Source: Mizuhopecten yessoensis (taxonomy: Eukaryota). From it: a stretch of 56,616 nt of DNA. Of the stretch, positions 1-12,870 are shown piece after piece (the stretch's first letter is position 1; each line of letters starts with the position of its first letter). The notes under the pieces were generated by a model. The model worked only from the letters and a program-made list of their open reading frames with translations. It had not been told where the DNA came from and did not search any database. The stretch spans positions 5,540,181 through 5,596,796 of the forward strand of contig NW_018404492.1 in NCBI RefSeq assembly GCF_002113885.1. The letters are read 5' to 3'. A program made the translations under genes and the position numbers.

Positions 1-1644
1 TTTGTTGTGGTTATAATGGATCGCCAGTCATAGTTTTTGTACTATCTGCTAGCTTCGGAAGCTTCAAAAATACAATAAGTAGTATCAATGTGTGAAGTCA
101 AGCGAGAGAAACTTTATTAAGGCAGGTAAACCAGCCTACGTGACTCCGCTATTCAATAAGGATAATTTTGTCATATTGCTTTCAGCGACTTTTTTAAATT
201 TTTAATTTTATGATAATATCAACCATATTTGGTTAGAAGCATTATCAGGAGGTGATGTTTCAAAGAATGGAGGACCTGACCAACAACGGGTCTACGTGAC
301 GGGAACAAAAAAACACCTCGAAATTGGTCTCCATTCTATAACCATACACCTACTTAACCATTTAAAGCTTACTCCAATGAAGAAATAATAGTAATTTTAA
401 TGCGTACGTTTTGTTAAGACTGTTTTAATGTCAAAGTGAGCTATGCAGACCATCTGAGCCTCTTGTTTATTTGCCATGCATAACGTTTCATACTAGTTTC
501 ATGATACACTATGTATGTACATTTCCTCCAATAGCATAATTTAGGCGTCAATATAACATGGCTTACACAGAGAGAAGACTTGCGCGCACTGCATAGGAGG
601 TCGTAATAATATTTACTTGTTTGCTGAAATTATTCGTTATGTATGTTTTTTTCATTAAAACTTATCGACATCATGCAAACTATTTCACGAAGAAACAGAT
701 GTAAGTTAATTCTCATCTCCTATTCCGATATAAAAAAAAACACGAGGAAGCACGAACCAAGATTTGCGACGGAATAAAATAATAAACCAATGTATCCTGA
801 ATGTAACTGACGTACTGTGCAAGGTTTTATATTTCACCACGAAGAATATGTTAATTGTATTAATTTGATAGCTACTATTTTGTTATTTTCTGCGTTCATT
901 TAACAAGAAGCCTACTCTACATGGCGTAAATTGATAACAACTGCTGGTAGGTGAGAGTTGTCGTTGCAAGGAAAATACAGAAATAAATGCTATACACGTT
1001 AAGTTGTAATATAGTGGAAACGTCAATTATATGCTGTCACACTCACTCTCTCTATCTCTCTCCTATACTCTCTCTTTACCATACTCTCACACTCACTCCC
1101 CTCTTTCCCATACTCCCAAACTCACTCGCTCCCACACTCACTCTTCCCTTTCCCCATACACACTTTCAATTAAAAATACGACCACCTTGAGAATGGAGTA
1201 TCTAATCTTAGGTAACTTTTCACAGTAGATACCTCCAATATCAGAATACAACTGCCGAGGTAACAGTTGCCTATCAGAGCCGACCGTGTCATTATTTACA
1301 CGTAACAATTTACAGTCGCTTCACGAAATAAAAGTGAGCTAAAACGCCAATCAGGGGTTAGGGGAGTTTTGATTACACATCAGCGCACAGTTGGGCACTT
1401 CCGTGTTTGAAACAACAACAACAGCAACGCTGGGAAATCGTACTGTTTTTATATCAAATAAAATCTATATTTATAACATTAAATATAATACTACAACAAT
1501 ATTCTAACGGTCGGTCATTTTAAAGGGAGACATTTGAGCGCGTTCTGAACAATTACAAATAAATTATTTTTTAAAATGGGAAAGAAAAACACTTAAATAT
1601 GACTAATTGTCTACAAACATATGTTCCTATAGGGAACGCAATAA

Positions 1645-2620
1645 TATTAACGAATTTTTATTCACTCTTTTCCAAGCTTTCGGGCTTAGCCCATCGTCAG
1701 GGATTAAATGTCACCGGACCTCTATGTCACATCCATCTTGACAAACATGATGAGTAACTATGGCGTTGATCATGAGGTCAACACAACACAATGACGTCAT
1801 CATACCATGACCTCACACATTGTGACGTCATCATCATCACTTGGTATTGATACCATTGGGGAAAGCAGTGTTGAGTCTGTTAATCCAAAATACCTCAATC
1901 ACAGCACACCCGCAAGTCCGATAGAGAATGACCTTTTCCAAGAAAGTGATGTGCCACCGATTTATCTCTATTCAGCTGGATGTCCGCCACATGTTCCTTT
2001 ATCCTTTCCTTAAGTGTACGCTCCATCTCTCCAACATATTCAGATATGTCACATTTCAAACATGACAAACAATATATAACATTGCGGCTTTGACAGGACT
2101 GCCCATCTAGTGCCCTATATGTTGACTGGTAAGATGTATCAGTAGTTGTTTCTATGAGTCTATCACACACATCACAGTCGGGCGTACACGTATCCTTTGT
2201 TATCCGGAAACAGCGCTTCAACTTTCCACGCACCAATATGTCTGCTATGTTTTTGTCTCTCCTGTAGCTGACAATTGGTAAGTCCTTGAAGACAGCTTTC
2301 ATTCTTTCTGACTTGTGCTGAAATCTCATGTGTCTCCGTAGAATTTCACTGATGTCTGGCAGCTGCTTAGAATACGTGACTACTAGTGGTACCCTCTGTA
2401 TCTTACCCTTATTGCAGTTATTGTATCGTAGTAGGTCCTCTCTATTCATCTTGTCCATCTTTTGAAGTTGGCTCTCAATAACCATTCACGGATATCCTCT
2501 TTTCCTTAACACCGAATTAAGATTTTTTCTGTTTTTAATGTAGTCGTCTTCTTGTTGACAGATTCGCTTTAATCGAATACCCAACCCATATGGTACTATG
2601 GGTGAATAAAAAGTTCGTTT
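1645..2620 (-). mobile_element. 5'-truncated Penelope-like retroelement (RT C-terminus + GIY-YIG endonuclease), pseudogenised
   Basis: The minus strand reads IVPYGLGIRLKRICQQ...LRKRGYP* (in-frame stop at 2486-2488). ORF 1895-2485 follows, with RVPLVVTY, P-IVSYRRDKNIADILV, a CxxCxxC cluster and NVIYCLSCLKC...YVGEMERTLKERIKEH...VAHHF (GIY-YIG). After a frameshift comes EVFWINRLNTAFPNGINTK*. These are typical PLE motifs. Confidence 0.9.
1671..1703 (-). ncRNA. Minimal type I hammerhead ribozyme motif in the Penelope 3' region
   Basis: Minus strand UCC-CUGACGA-U-GGGC(UAA)GCCC-GAAA-GC-UU-GGA. It has the CUGANGA and GAAA cores, a 4-bp stem II, a palindromic AAGCUU stem III and a 3-bp stem I (UCC/GGA). 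Confidence 0.7.
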
Positions 2621-3149
2621 ATACTAAAAGATGATATATTTTGGCTAATTCTAAGTTGAGTAAGACGGTAGGTAACACTTTATTATTTAATTATATATCA
2701 GGTAGACCAATTACAGTTAATCCCTCCCGACTACCGCTACTAATCCCTGTAATTATCGCTACCAGTATTGATTACTACCAGATCAACGGTCTACCGACTA
2801 TCTCCTAAAGCGCATTAATATATTGATGAAGAACGCTTTATAGACTGCATAGTTTACGTGTAAATGGAATTTGTGCCTCCACCCCACCCCTTTTCACTTC
2901 AACACCGCCAAGATTTGCGTTGGGGTTCAATCTATTCACAGTGTCTTGGAAACAGTTGAGATCTCAACAGTTTAACCCTACAATGCTGAATAATGAAAGG
3001 AGAGGTATAAAGACACATTGGGACCTTGGAATCATTTATTTTAAAAGCGTAGATCTAGCTCCCATGGGGGCTGAGGTGATATGCCAAAAAGGGGAAGCTG
3101 GGTGATAAATATTAGAAGTCCTACTTCTCTAAACAACTTTGAGGCATGA

Positions 3150-3503
3150 CGGTATGAACTGTCGCAAAATGTGTACTGTGTGTAATATGTAATAATATTT
3201 GTACAATATCTACATGGGACTGTAGCACGATATTTTCCTGTCTTATAAGTGTATAGCTACCAAAGGGTATGTATGCATGATACTTGTATCCCCTATAATG
3301 CATAGTTATAAGCTACCACATATGACTGTAGTATGATATTCGCCTCCCCTATAGTACATATATATATAGCTACCACAACGCATATAGCATGCTCTTTTCC
3401 TCCTCTATAGTACATAGCTACCACAGAAAAACTGTAGCACAATCATTGTCTCCTCTATTGTATATAGCTATCACAGGGGACTGTAATACGATCTTTGCCT
3501 CCT
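3150..3503. repeat. ~50-bp minisatellite, block 1
   Basis: Degenerate repeats of tatagctaccacaggggactgtagcacgatccttgcctcccttatagta, with tagcta recurring 50 bp apart (3415, 3465). Confidence 0.75.
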
Positions 3504-3623
3504 CAACGTCAGGAATATAAGTGCGAGTAAACAATTCATATTTTAAGGGTTTTCATACGCCCACCTTCCCTTCTGTTTCAACAGTTTGTTAGATCTACTT
3601 GGATTTCCAACCTTTGAATCCTA

Positions 3624-3667
3624 GCATCGCTGATGAGTCCTAGAAGGACAAAACAGCTGTATGACGC
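3624..3667 (+). ncRNA. Degenerate type I hammerhead ribozyme, copy A
   Basis: GCATCG-CTGATGA-GTCC(TAGAA)GGAC-AAAA-CAGCTG-TA-TGACGC. The core GAAA is mutated to AAAA. Homologous to 45721-45764. Confidence 0.65.
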
Positions 3668-3797
3668 AGTGTATTTCCTGTTTGGCACACTTAATCTATT
3701 ACTTAATTTTAAAGATGCAGAATGTGTTGGAAAAAATGTTTTAGGGGAATAGAGGTAGGGTATTGTTCTTCAAACAAGTTATGTGTAGGAACGAACA

Positions 3798-4807
3798 GAA
3801 GAACACGGCCGGGGAAAATTTTCTAAAGCACGTGATTTTATCGCTATCAGTAAATATACATAGAGTAGAGTCAACTAGCATGTGAAAATTTATCAATATT
3901 TTTTCATACTAGAGCTCCCTGTGAGGCGTATCATATCTTAATACACATATGTGAGTGAGGCTCATTCGTTACTACACTAGAGATGGCAATCACTGATAAT
4001 GCCTTATTTTAAGGTAAGATAATAATAAAGATATTGCGTAACGGTAAAATTGGGATTTTGAAATAACCTCGTCTCAGTAGTTTCAGGAGATCTATCTATA
4101 GCGGGAACATTATTCATGACTTACAGGAAATGGACGCTGCACTTCCTTTTTAAGACATACATAGTTTGATGCTTATTCATATACACATTCATACCACGAG
4201 CATTCAAGATCTCAAAATGGTACATGCTGTTACACTAACAACAATGAAATAATTCTGTTTACATAAGAAAATTCAATCACATGTTTTTGTCTTGACGTAT
4301 AAAACCTCGGTTTTACAATATTTAATGGAGTGGTGTAGTTGGCTAAACAGGTAGGTATTACTTATACACGAGTATCGACGTTTTCGTCTTCGATGGTTCG
4401 AGTCCTGCAAGCATCCCTTTTTTTCCTCAAACAATATCTTTTTGTACGACTCACATTTTGATATTGTACAAAGTGACTATTCGCTGTCAAACGGTTGTAA
4501 TTTTAATAGAGGCATCTTATATGTAACATAAGTTACATTTGACTAATGCAAGGAATTTTATTTGACAAAGAATACCATTGAAGAACAGCGCCGGGGAAAA
4601 TCTTCTAAAGCACGTGATTTTATCGCTATCAGTAAATATACATAGAGTAGAGTCTTGCATGTGAAAATTTATCAATATTTTTTTCATACTAGAGCTCTCT
4701 ATGAGGCGTATCATATCTTAATACACATATGTGAGTGAGGCTCATTAGTTACCACACTAGAGATGGCAATCACAGATAATGCCTTATTTTAAGGTAAGAT
4801 AATAATA
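3798..4807 (+). repeat. ~230-bp direct duplication (3798-4027 and 4580-4807)
   Basis: Near-identical copies of gaagaaca..ccggggaaaa..ctaaagcacgtgattttatcgctatcag...ttttaaggtaagataataata. Confidence 0.9.
4327..4424 (+). mobile_element. tRNA-derived Pol III unit (SINE head or tRNA pseudogene)
   Basis: A-box TGGTGTAGTTGG (4331-4342), B-box GGTTCGAGTCC (4395-4405) and an oligo-T run at 4418-4424. No convincing cloverleaf. Confidence 0.55.
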
Positions 4808-4869
4808 TAATGTTAAATTGTCGGATCAATTGTGAACATGTTTACTTTTCTTAACGGAAAACGGTGCCG

Positions 4870-5337
4870 TTAAGGGACCACAGAACCAAATCAAAAATAG
4901 ATTGTGGGGTTTTCCCATTTGGGCAGAAGATTTGATGTAAGAAGGTGAATGCCTCTGGGCCTGCTGGTTGGATATTTAGGTGGCAGAAGTTTCAAAAAAT
5001 TGTATGTGTGGGTTTAGCAATATATATTGATGTGAAATGTATATAAAAAGAAGAAAAAAATCAAGTTTGTTTTTGTCCGGGGGAGTATATTAAGTGTGTA
5101 ATTTGTTGTATGTTTTGGTCAATTTTTGGTGCCGAATTCAATACAAAATGGCGGCCCCCATATAAAAAAGTTCAAATAGGTAGATTTTTTAAACTTCTTT
5201 TTTTTACAGGTGTTTGAGATGACATTCTTCAAAATGAGGGCGGGTGAACCAGTGTGGATAACCCCAATTAACCAGGACAGTGGTAAACGTTAACACTATC
5301 GTCTATGGAAAATCATTTGGGTCTAGGGTCACTTTAA
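4870..5337. mobile_element. TTAA-flanked MITE with imperfect TIRs (Kolobok-like)
   Basis: Left end ttaagggaccacagaaccaaat; reverse complement of the right end ttaaagtgaccctagacccaaat. Confidence 0.5.
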
Positions 5338-5542
5338 GTATATAGCTACCACAAAGGAACGGTAGCACGATCATTGCCTCCCTTATAGTATATAGCTACC
5401 ACAGATGATTGTAGTAAGATCCTTGCCTCCCTTATAGTATGAAGCTACCACAGGGGACTGTTGCATGAGCTGTCAGGAAACTATTGTACGATCCTTGTCG
5501 CCTCTAAATAGTACATAGCTACCGTAAAGGGGACTGTAGCAC
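5337..5542. repeat. ~50-bp minisatellite, block 2 (same family as 3150-3503)
   Basis: tagctacc recurs at 5343 and 5393, with the same consensus as block 1. Confidence 0.75.
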
Positions 5543-7626
5543 AGAATTGTTTTCACATGACCTTGGGCAGACGGACGTACGGGCGTAATGATGGACGATT
5601 GGGGGTAATAGGATCGTACCTATCTTCCAAATGCAGTTAAAAGGGAAAGATGTATAACGATAGAATACCGAAGGATGTCAAATATTAACAACAAAATTAT
5701 AAAAAGAAAGTATTTCTAACATAAAAAAATATTAGTGCCCGAATGTTGATTTTTGTATAAACAGTTTGGAGTTGGGACGACAAATGAATAATAGATGATC
5801 GAGAGTTGTGTTCAGTTGAGTTGCGGAGTAAGGTTATTTAATGTTCTTTACATTAATACAGCTCTCCTAAATCTTATTGAATTACTTTTTTCGATAATTC
5901 AATGAGCTATTTTTTTTCTCCATATTTTACCATAATGTTGACCCTATTTTCCTGTTTTGGTTCGGTACCCGTCCATGATATTGCGTCTTAATCTTTTCTT
6001 TTGATCAGTGCATGTGTATTTGCATGGATATTTAACACCGATAATTTCGCGAAACCAATAACAAAAAGCAACATTGATATAATATGTGTAACAGGTCTCA
6101 ATCAACAGAAAAGAAATATGTTGATATAGGTTAATCAGGACTTAATATGAACAAAGAAAATATTAACACGGAGACCCTTGAAAGTAGAACAGGAAGAAGA
6201 CCAGGGTCCGGTTGTTCAAAACTATCGTTAAGCTAACGATGTCGTAAAATTTAACGAGTCGCTAACCGCTAATTCTGCGTTAATTAACGCGTGCGTTAAA
6301 TCTGTTGTTCAGGTATTCCGGAAGGGTGAGCGTCCCCTGCTTCCACCAACGACACTCGTCATGTAAATCTAGGTCAAATCACAGATATCTGCTTCTAAAA
6401 TGTGTACATGTAAATGTATTTACTATATCTTTCCCGTTTTCGGAGGAGATACTATGATCGATTCAAAGTAATGGCAATGAGATAAGGCAAAGTAATGAGA
6501 ATATAAAAAAAACGTTGATATCCCTATTGCACAAAACATATTATAAGTTTAATATTGAAAATTGCTAAAATCTACATTATAAATCAATTCCATTTGTTGT
6601 GGGGAAACATGATTCTTTGCTTCTCTTCGATTGATTTTCGGAATCTAAGTGCACTATCATCGACGACCATTTCTGTCGGAGAAAATGCTATTCTGAAAGT
6701 AATATTTTGTTTGACATGTACAGACCAAAATATCAATATGCGGGAAATAGAATGTCTAAAACATTGCATCGCCATTCCCACCAACTTTCACAACTTAAAT
6801 ATCATCAAATAAACAATATCTATGCCAAGTTGCATGCTTATCCCAAAATGCCTTGTATGTACAATCAGCGCATAAACATTGGATATAGGCACAACACTTG
6901 ATGAAATCAGGACCTGGAACTCACTTCAGCCACAGGTGCTGAACACATAGTATGTGATATATATGATATACAATAATAACAATAACTATCATATACTTAT
7001 AGCATAAAAGGGCGTCCTGCACCTTTATTTCACTAAAGATAGAGAAGTATTTGAAATTGCTAAGTGTAGTGAATATGCATTTCATGTAAGTGTACTCAAA
7101 TAAGTAAAATTGTAAATTTCAACTCAAAACATAATTTAGAAAGGAAGTTATTTAGAAAACAAAACACTTTTCATTTGAAAATAACCTAAAAGCACCCCCT
7201 GACTTAATCCTCTGTTTTTTATAAACGATCTTTAAGTGACGAATGGATTTCTGTCATTTTTCATTCTTTTATACATGTATATGCCTGTTTAGTTTACACA
7301 TATTTCCAAAAACAGAAATGGATTTTTGTTTGTTTTTAAGCTCATTTTAAAAACAGCAAATTACATTTGTAATTTACCCAATCCCAAAAACTTACTTTCG
7401 GTCAAACTTTTACCTTAGTTTTTGCGCATGTCATACAATATAGGACATATTTGAACATACCGGGGCCCAAAAAGGGCCTTATAGACACTCATCCTTTAAT
7501 GTTGTACAAATTACATTTCCAGGAGGCATTACTGAAGTGGAGAGCATAAATTTACTTGCAAGTATGCTCATTCATGTTTTCAAATGTTACAGTCTGTGTT
7601 ACCAAAATGTTTAGAAATGTATCATT

Positions 7627-7905
7627 GGGTGGAGGTGACCGAATGGTAAAGTGTCTGACTGTCTACGATCGCTAGCACTCCACTCACAGGTACTAGCCTC
7701 GTCAGTTAATACACCTATAATATTAACGGTGTATTGACAGACGAAGCTAGTACCTGTACATGGGGGCAGTCGCCAGTTCGCCAAGCACTGGCCACATATC
7801 TGTATTTTTCTCCGGACACTACGGGTTTCCTCTACCACCAAAACCTGGCACGTCCTGAAATTGCCATAGCTGTTGATGGGGCGTAAAACACAAAGAAAGA
7901 CCAAT
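7627..7905 (+). mobile_element. tRNA-derived SINE interrupted by a small TIR element (7686-7759)
   Basis: A-box-like ggtgaccgaatgg, a conserved SINE central motif (ttttctccggacactacgggtttcctctacc) and a tail ggggcgtaaaacacaaa. The insert cacaggtactagcctcg...cgaagctagtacctgta matches the TIRs at 36245-36452. Confidence 0.6.
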
Positions 7906-10799
7906 ACGGATTGAGTGATTCTTCCTTGTCATTTTTATCGGGATTAGGGTCAAACATGTGATACATGGAAGTGATCTTGCGACATCGTTACAGAGGCAAT
8001 TATATATTTGCCCTTTCCATCGGTCCGTCCACGCGACATATTGGTTTTATTTTGTGTTTAGATCCATCCCTTTAATATTAAAAGTCGAACAATCATATAT
8101 ATGTGAATACTGCACTAATGGTTTCGATCTATTGCAGGTCATTAATTATGACCTATATCTCACACTTCGCCAGCTTTACTTTTGTTAACATTTGTGTCTA
8201 CTTCCATTTATTTAGTTAGACTTTGCTTTAAGCTCCATTTCAATCAAAACGGATGCATATATGTATGTTTTACAAACTTATTTTTAACAAGTTAATAAAA
8301 AAGCAGCAATTCATTGCTAGTGTTTAGGGTTTGCATTAATTTTTGGATCATTTATGATGCTATGCAAGATATAGTGCCGTTCAATATATTCCATTATATA
8401 TGCTGTGCTCCCATCCATTCACGCTCTCTGCCCGATTAATTAAACTCACTAACGTTCTCCGTTTGAAGTGAGTGCGTTACCCCTTAAGTATCGACGATAC
8501 TGCGCTCAATGGGATATGCTTTTGAATGGAACTCTCATAATTGTTTAAAATGTACATTTCAATCCTTTTGTGTGCCTTCAAAACGACAAAGAACTGGCAT
8601 TTCACCTTTCCGTGTGATTTCTTTCTATTAATGATAAGTTATAAACAAAATTGTTTACACAACTGTGGAACAAGATTTTTTGCGACAACAGTCATGCTTT
8701 CTAAGGTTGCCAGTTTCGTCAAGCGAAAAATGTGACTCGAATGCCATTTAGGGAATGTTCGCCATAATTTGAATTTAACGTCTCTCTACGATAGGTTCCC
8801 GATTACTCTACAGTATGAAGGACAGATCCTACTACAGTTGTGGATGAAAAACCAATAACGTGTTAAGGTTCCTGCAGAGTTTGGTTTATAACAACTTCTT
8901 AGGTTTGGTAGGTTTATCTAAGGGATGCACAACATTACTGTAAATAGCAACAAAACAATTTCAACAACGAATAAAAATGTTGATTTGATTTTAATATCCG
9001 GAGGATTCAAGCACCTTGGTGACTAGGATGAAGCATAAAAAAGTGATGGAAGATGTCATAGACGTTCAAAGAAATTCTATGTTTTAGCATATACTGAATG
9101 AGCGATTATTAAAAATCCATGTTTCTTGTAACAATAAATAATTACTAAATACGCACGAACAACTGTTGATCATACAGTAGAGGATAAATCCATTTTATTT
9201 TGCAATGAGGTCAAACTTACTACAGTACATAACAAGTCTTAGGTTTGCAGCAAACCATTTCCGAGTGACATTTTCCCTAATTGTGTTTATCCTGAAAGCT
9301 ATGGTCGAGTGACAGTATCTAAATACAATCAACGGCTCGTCATCCATTCGCCATATCCATCCAAAAAAAAATGCAAATGTGCCATTTTTTTCTTATATTG
9401 CTAAAATCGAGATATAAATTCAATTTCTTTTTAAAGTGCATTTTGTTTATCCAATGAAAATTCTATGCACCAGAAATTAAAAGCAATATTACTGTTATAA
9501 ATTCTGAAAGATTCTTATAATACTGATTTAGACGGAGACAATGTATTTGAGCGCGCCCACGTGGCGTTTATCATATTCACGTATAATGTCATGTCCTCAA
9601 AATGGTTCGTTCTTTAGCACGTCCGATGAACTACAGATAATAAATTTCCAATAATTCGACGTGCCAGCGTTAGCACCAGATTCCCAAGTGAAGGTCTAGC
9701 ATTAGGCAGGGCCTGAAAGCTTAATGATGATATAAAGCCATAGTTTATCTAATATATTTTCAAAGTACAGGCATTATATATTTTATACAGAGAAAAAATA
9801 TTGTAATTTTGAAAATATGTCTTATCTCAAATGTCATTCTGAAAATTTAGTTAAAAGACTGCCACGCTGGTAAGACTGTCGCTCCACACCATTCTGGGCG
9901 ATATGTCAGTCGCTGTCCATTACTTAACAGATTTCTAAACAATACACAGACAGCAAGGATACCAGACAAGGGCATGCTCATGCCATGTTTCACCATTGTA
10001 ACGCAATGACCGTAATTATAGTCTTCCCTCCTAGGCTTCACGTCGGCCAATCGTATGTCGTATACATTCGCGCCGTTCTCAACTCCATCATATTGTAACG
10101 AAGTCATGGAATATTCGAATTTACCCAGCTCTCGCCTCTTCTTGAACAGTGGATTTATTGATAAATTTCACACAAATGAACTTCTTGTGCCATTTTTTAT
10201 CCGTGAGGTAACAATAAAGACATGTCAACTCAGCGATGTGCAATTCTCAATAGCAACCCAATGTCGATAATTCAAGATAGTTATTTGTATTTTGAGTGCC
10301 AACGGATGTGTATCACAGAAACCGATTCGCTATAGTTTGTTAAGGTATGTCCCAAAAGAAGCAGTAATATGATGCAGAACAAACCTTGCGGCACAACAGG
10401 GCTAACCCACCAAGTGTATCCAGTGACTTTCCGGGGTATTTACCTGGATTGAAACCAGAACAAAAACGTTTAAGATCAACAAATGTAAGCTATACAAAAC
10501 AATAGACAAACAGAGACACCACAAAAAGCTACAAAACGGTAGAGACGTAACAAGAATCTGAGAAAAATCGATTTAAGACAATTCGCTCCAACAAATGCTA
10601 CATCATTTTAACGCACTGAAATGAAGGATATAAGAATAAAGCAAAGACTTACATGAAGACCATTGAAAAGGTACAAAGAAAAAAGACCAGGTGTTCCGAG
10701 AAGATAAGCGTCAAAACGTTTCGTTATAAAGACTTTAAATCAAACGTTGTCATGTCTTTGTGTTTTAAGGATATACGTTCCCGTTGCTAGAAATAGCCT

Positions 10800-12870
10800 A
10801 GAATGTAGTCTTGTCACATTCCAGGTGTACTATCACTAGTGTCGGGATTGGATGGTGTACTCCTGGTTTGTAGGACGATATATACAGACGTTCCAGGGCA
10901 TTGTACGTCCGTGTGATCGCTGATTGCGTTCATTCCTGAAGTTTTATATTTTGCTGCAGTGGATAGATGGTTAGGTCGAGGAGGGGAGGGGAATGGCAGG
11001 GCAGGGGTGTCATAGAGTTCGTACTTAAATGTCATCCATTTTATATCACAGTTCCATTTATAGTATTGCCGTTTTCAATTCTCCGCTGTCTGTAAGCAAA
11101 TCTTGTGTAAGTAAGGAAAAGCTTCAAAGTGTGTTGGAGCTATTTTGTAGAGTTGAGCTTCAGTTGGAAGGATTCATATTAGGATGTATATAACTCAGTT
11201 GGCAGTCATGACTGGCAGCGGTTGAAGTTGTTTGAGAGAATCTTCTGGAAAATACGGAATCTCTGCAGTTGATAACCGTTTGGTATACACATTTTCTGAG
11301 CGTCGAGCAGAATTGACAGTACATACACCATCATAACATGGAGACTCATCCGACAGGATCCAGGTCGTTGTCTCCGTGCTGGACTGGGCTGATGAGGCTG
11401 TTTAGGCGTCTCCTGATTTCTATATACTTGCATCTACAGAAGCTGTTTTGATGGGCTTGACATCCCATGCTATTCCAAGGGCGAATTTGCCTTATATCTG
11501 TAGCTGCTCTGAGCCTATGTAAAGGTATGGTCAAAGTAGATTTAACATCTAAGGATGCAATTCAAGTGAACTGTTTCTCGTCTGTTAGCCTCTCTCAAGA
11601 CATCTTCCAAGATGGTAGGAAACAAAAATACTTAGGCTAGAGGAGTTAAGCCTCTGGAGAGGACATTTGTAAATGTTGTATGACAGATGACACTAAACAG
11701 CAATGCTTCCAATGTATTGGTCAAGATGGGCGTAATTTAGTTACTCCACTGTGGCTCTTGTTACAAACCTGGTGCCTTTGGTTTTTGTATAATGGTGCTA
11801 TAGTACCTTCTTTAGACTACTCGGGATATTTCAGGTCGCTATGATGCCAGCCATTGTCTCAGTGGTGATATCCACAGTTATTTCCTCTTTTGCCATGGTG
11901 ATGGTTGCCGAGCCATTGGCATCCTCTGCCGTCTTCCTATTAAGCTTGCAGATAGCTTACAGTTCATCTTTGCAGGATAATGGTATACCAGTTATGAGTC
12001 GTATCCACCTATAAATGTAATAGATTTCAGCCTGGCATGCTGTACAAAGTGTCTATCGAAGAATGGGTTGACAGCCGGCACTGATAGATTACTGGAGTGT
12101 CTGAACCATCTTTTTATGGCATATAGTGGTATATCTCTGTGACGCTCTATGTACCTGTATTCCAGGATGGTTGTCAGTCTATGTATATATAGACTTTTTA
12201 TGTCTGGGTGTCTTCTACTCTGATACGGCTTCTTAGTCTAGACCTGGCTATCTGCCAGAGGCTACTAGTTAGGATTTGTTTGGGTTATCCGGCTCACCAT
12301 TGTGCTTTCACTCCAATGGGAGCATCGCTTTGCTCCGATGGCTGCAGTCATGTCACTGTTCCAACTTTGCATACTTGTGGATCTCTTTAGTCACCTGCTT
12401 TGAACGGGACCTTTGATAATGAGCTTCAATGTTCGAGTCAGCAGATTGTTTATGTCTTGTACCGCCTTTTCTTCTAGGAATTTGCAACTGGAGAATCCCC
12501 CCTACCCCCAACCCCTCAGAAACGAGTGCATCTTCTGTCTTGGTTTTTTTTCGCCAATCCTTCTTTTTTCTCACTTTTGTCGGTCTTTCCACGTATACGT
12601 ATCTTCACCAGGTAGTGCTTTGAGTAGTCAAATGTTATGTTGTAAAGGATCTGTAGCAGCTCCGTGACTATCTCTCTCCTCTTGGAATGTATGAAGTAGT
12701 CGATCTCATAGAGCCTTTGCCGTTGGGGTGGATTAATGTTTTCCCTGCCTGTTTTTCTCTCGACACAGCTCGTCAACAAATCATCCTAAAGTCTTCTCTA
12801 TCCGATGTGTAGAGATGTGCTTGCTGTCTAAGAAGTATCCATAGCCACGTCTCCATTTAAATGGCATTAA
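10800..12870 (-). mobile_element. Highly degenerate LINE (APE endonuclease + reverse transcriptase) relic
   Basis: Minus-strand fragments appear in the expected order: ETWLW (~12850, APE), AICKLNRKTAEDANG (~11930), EGTIAPLYK (~11800), IASLDVKSTL (~11545, RT motif), DIRQ (~11490) and LKQLQPLP (~11225). Many stops and frameshifts; boundaries approximate. Confidence 0.7.

Noticed and set aside
1035-1165. ORFs 987-1190 and 1031-1228
   Set aside because: Low-complexity CT/CA-rich tract, not coding.
4327-4424. Functional tRNA gene
   Set aside because: A and B boxes are present, but no acceptor or anticodon stems can be formed; kept only as a tRNA-derived relic.
10090-10170. Minus-strand INPLFKKRRELGKFE, reminiscent of a Harbinger-type transposase N-terminus
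   Set aside because: Too short, with no further transposase motifs recognised; it would need a TBLASTN or HMM search.
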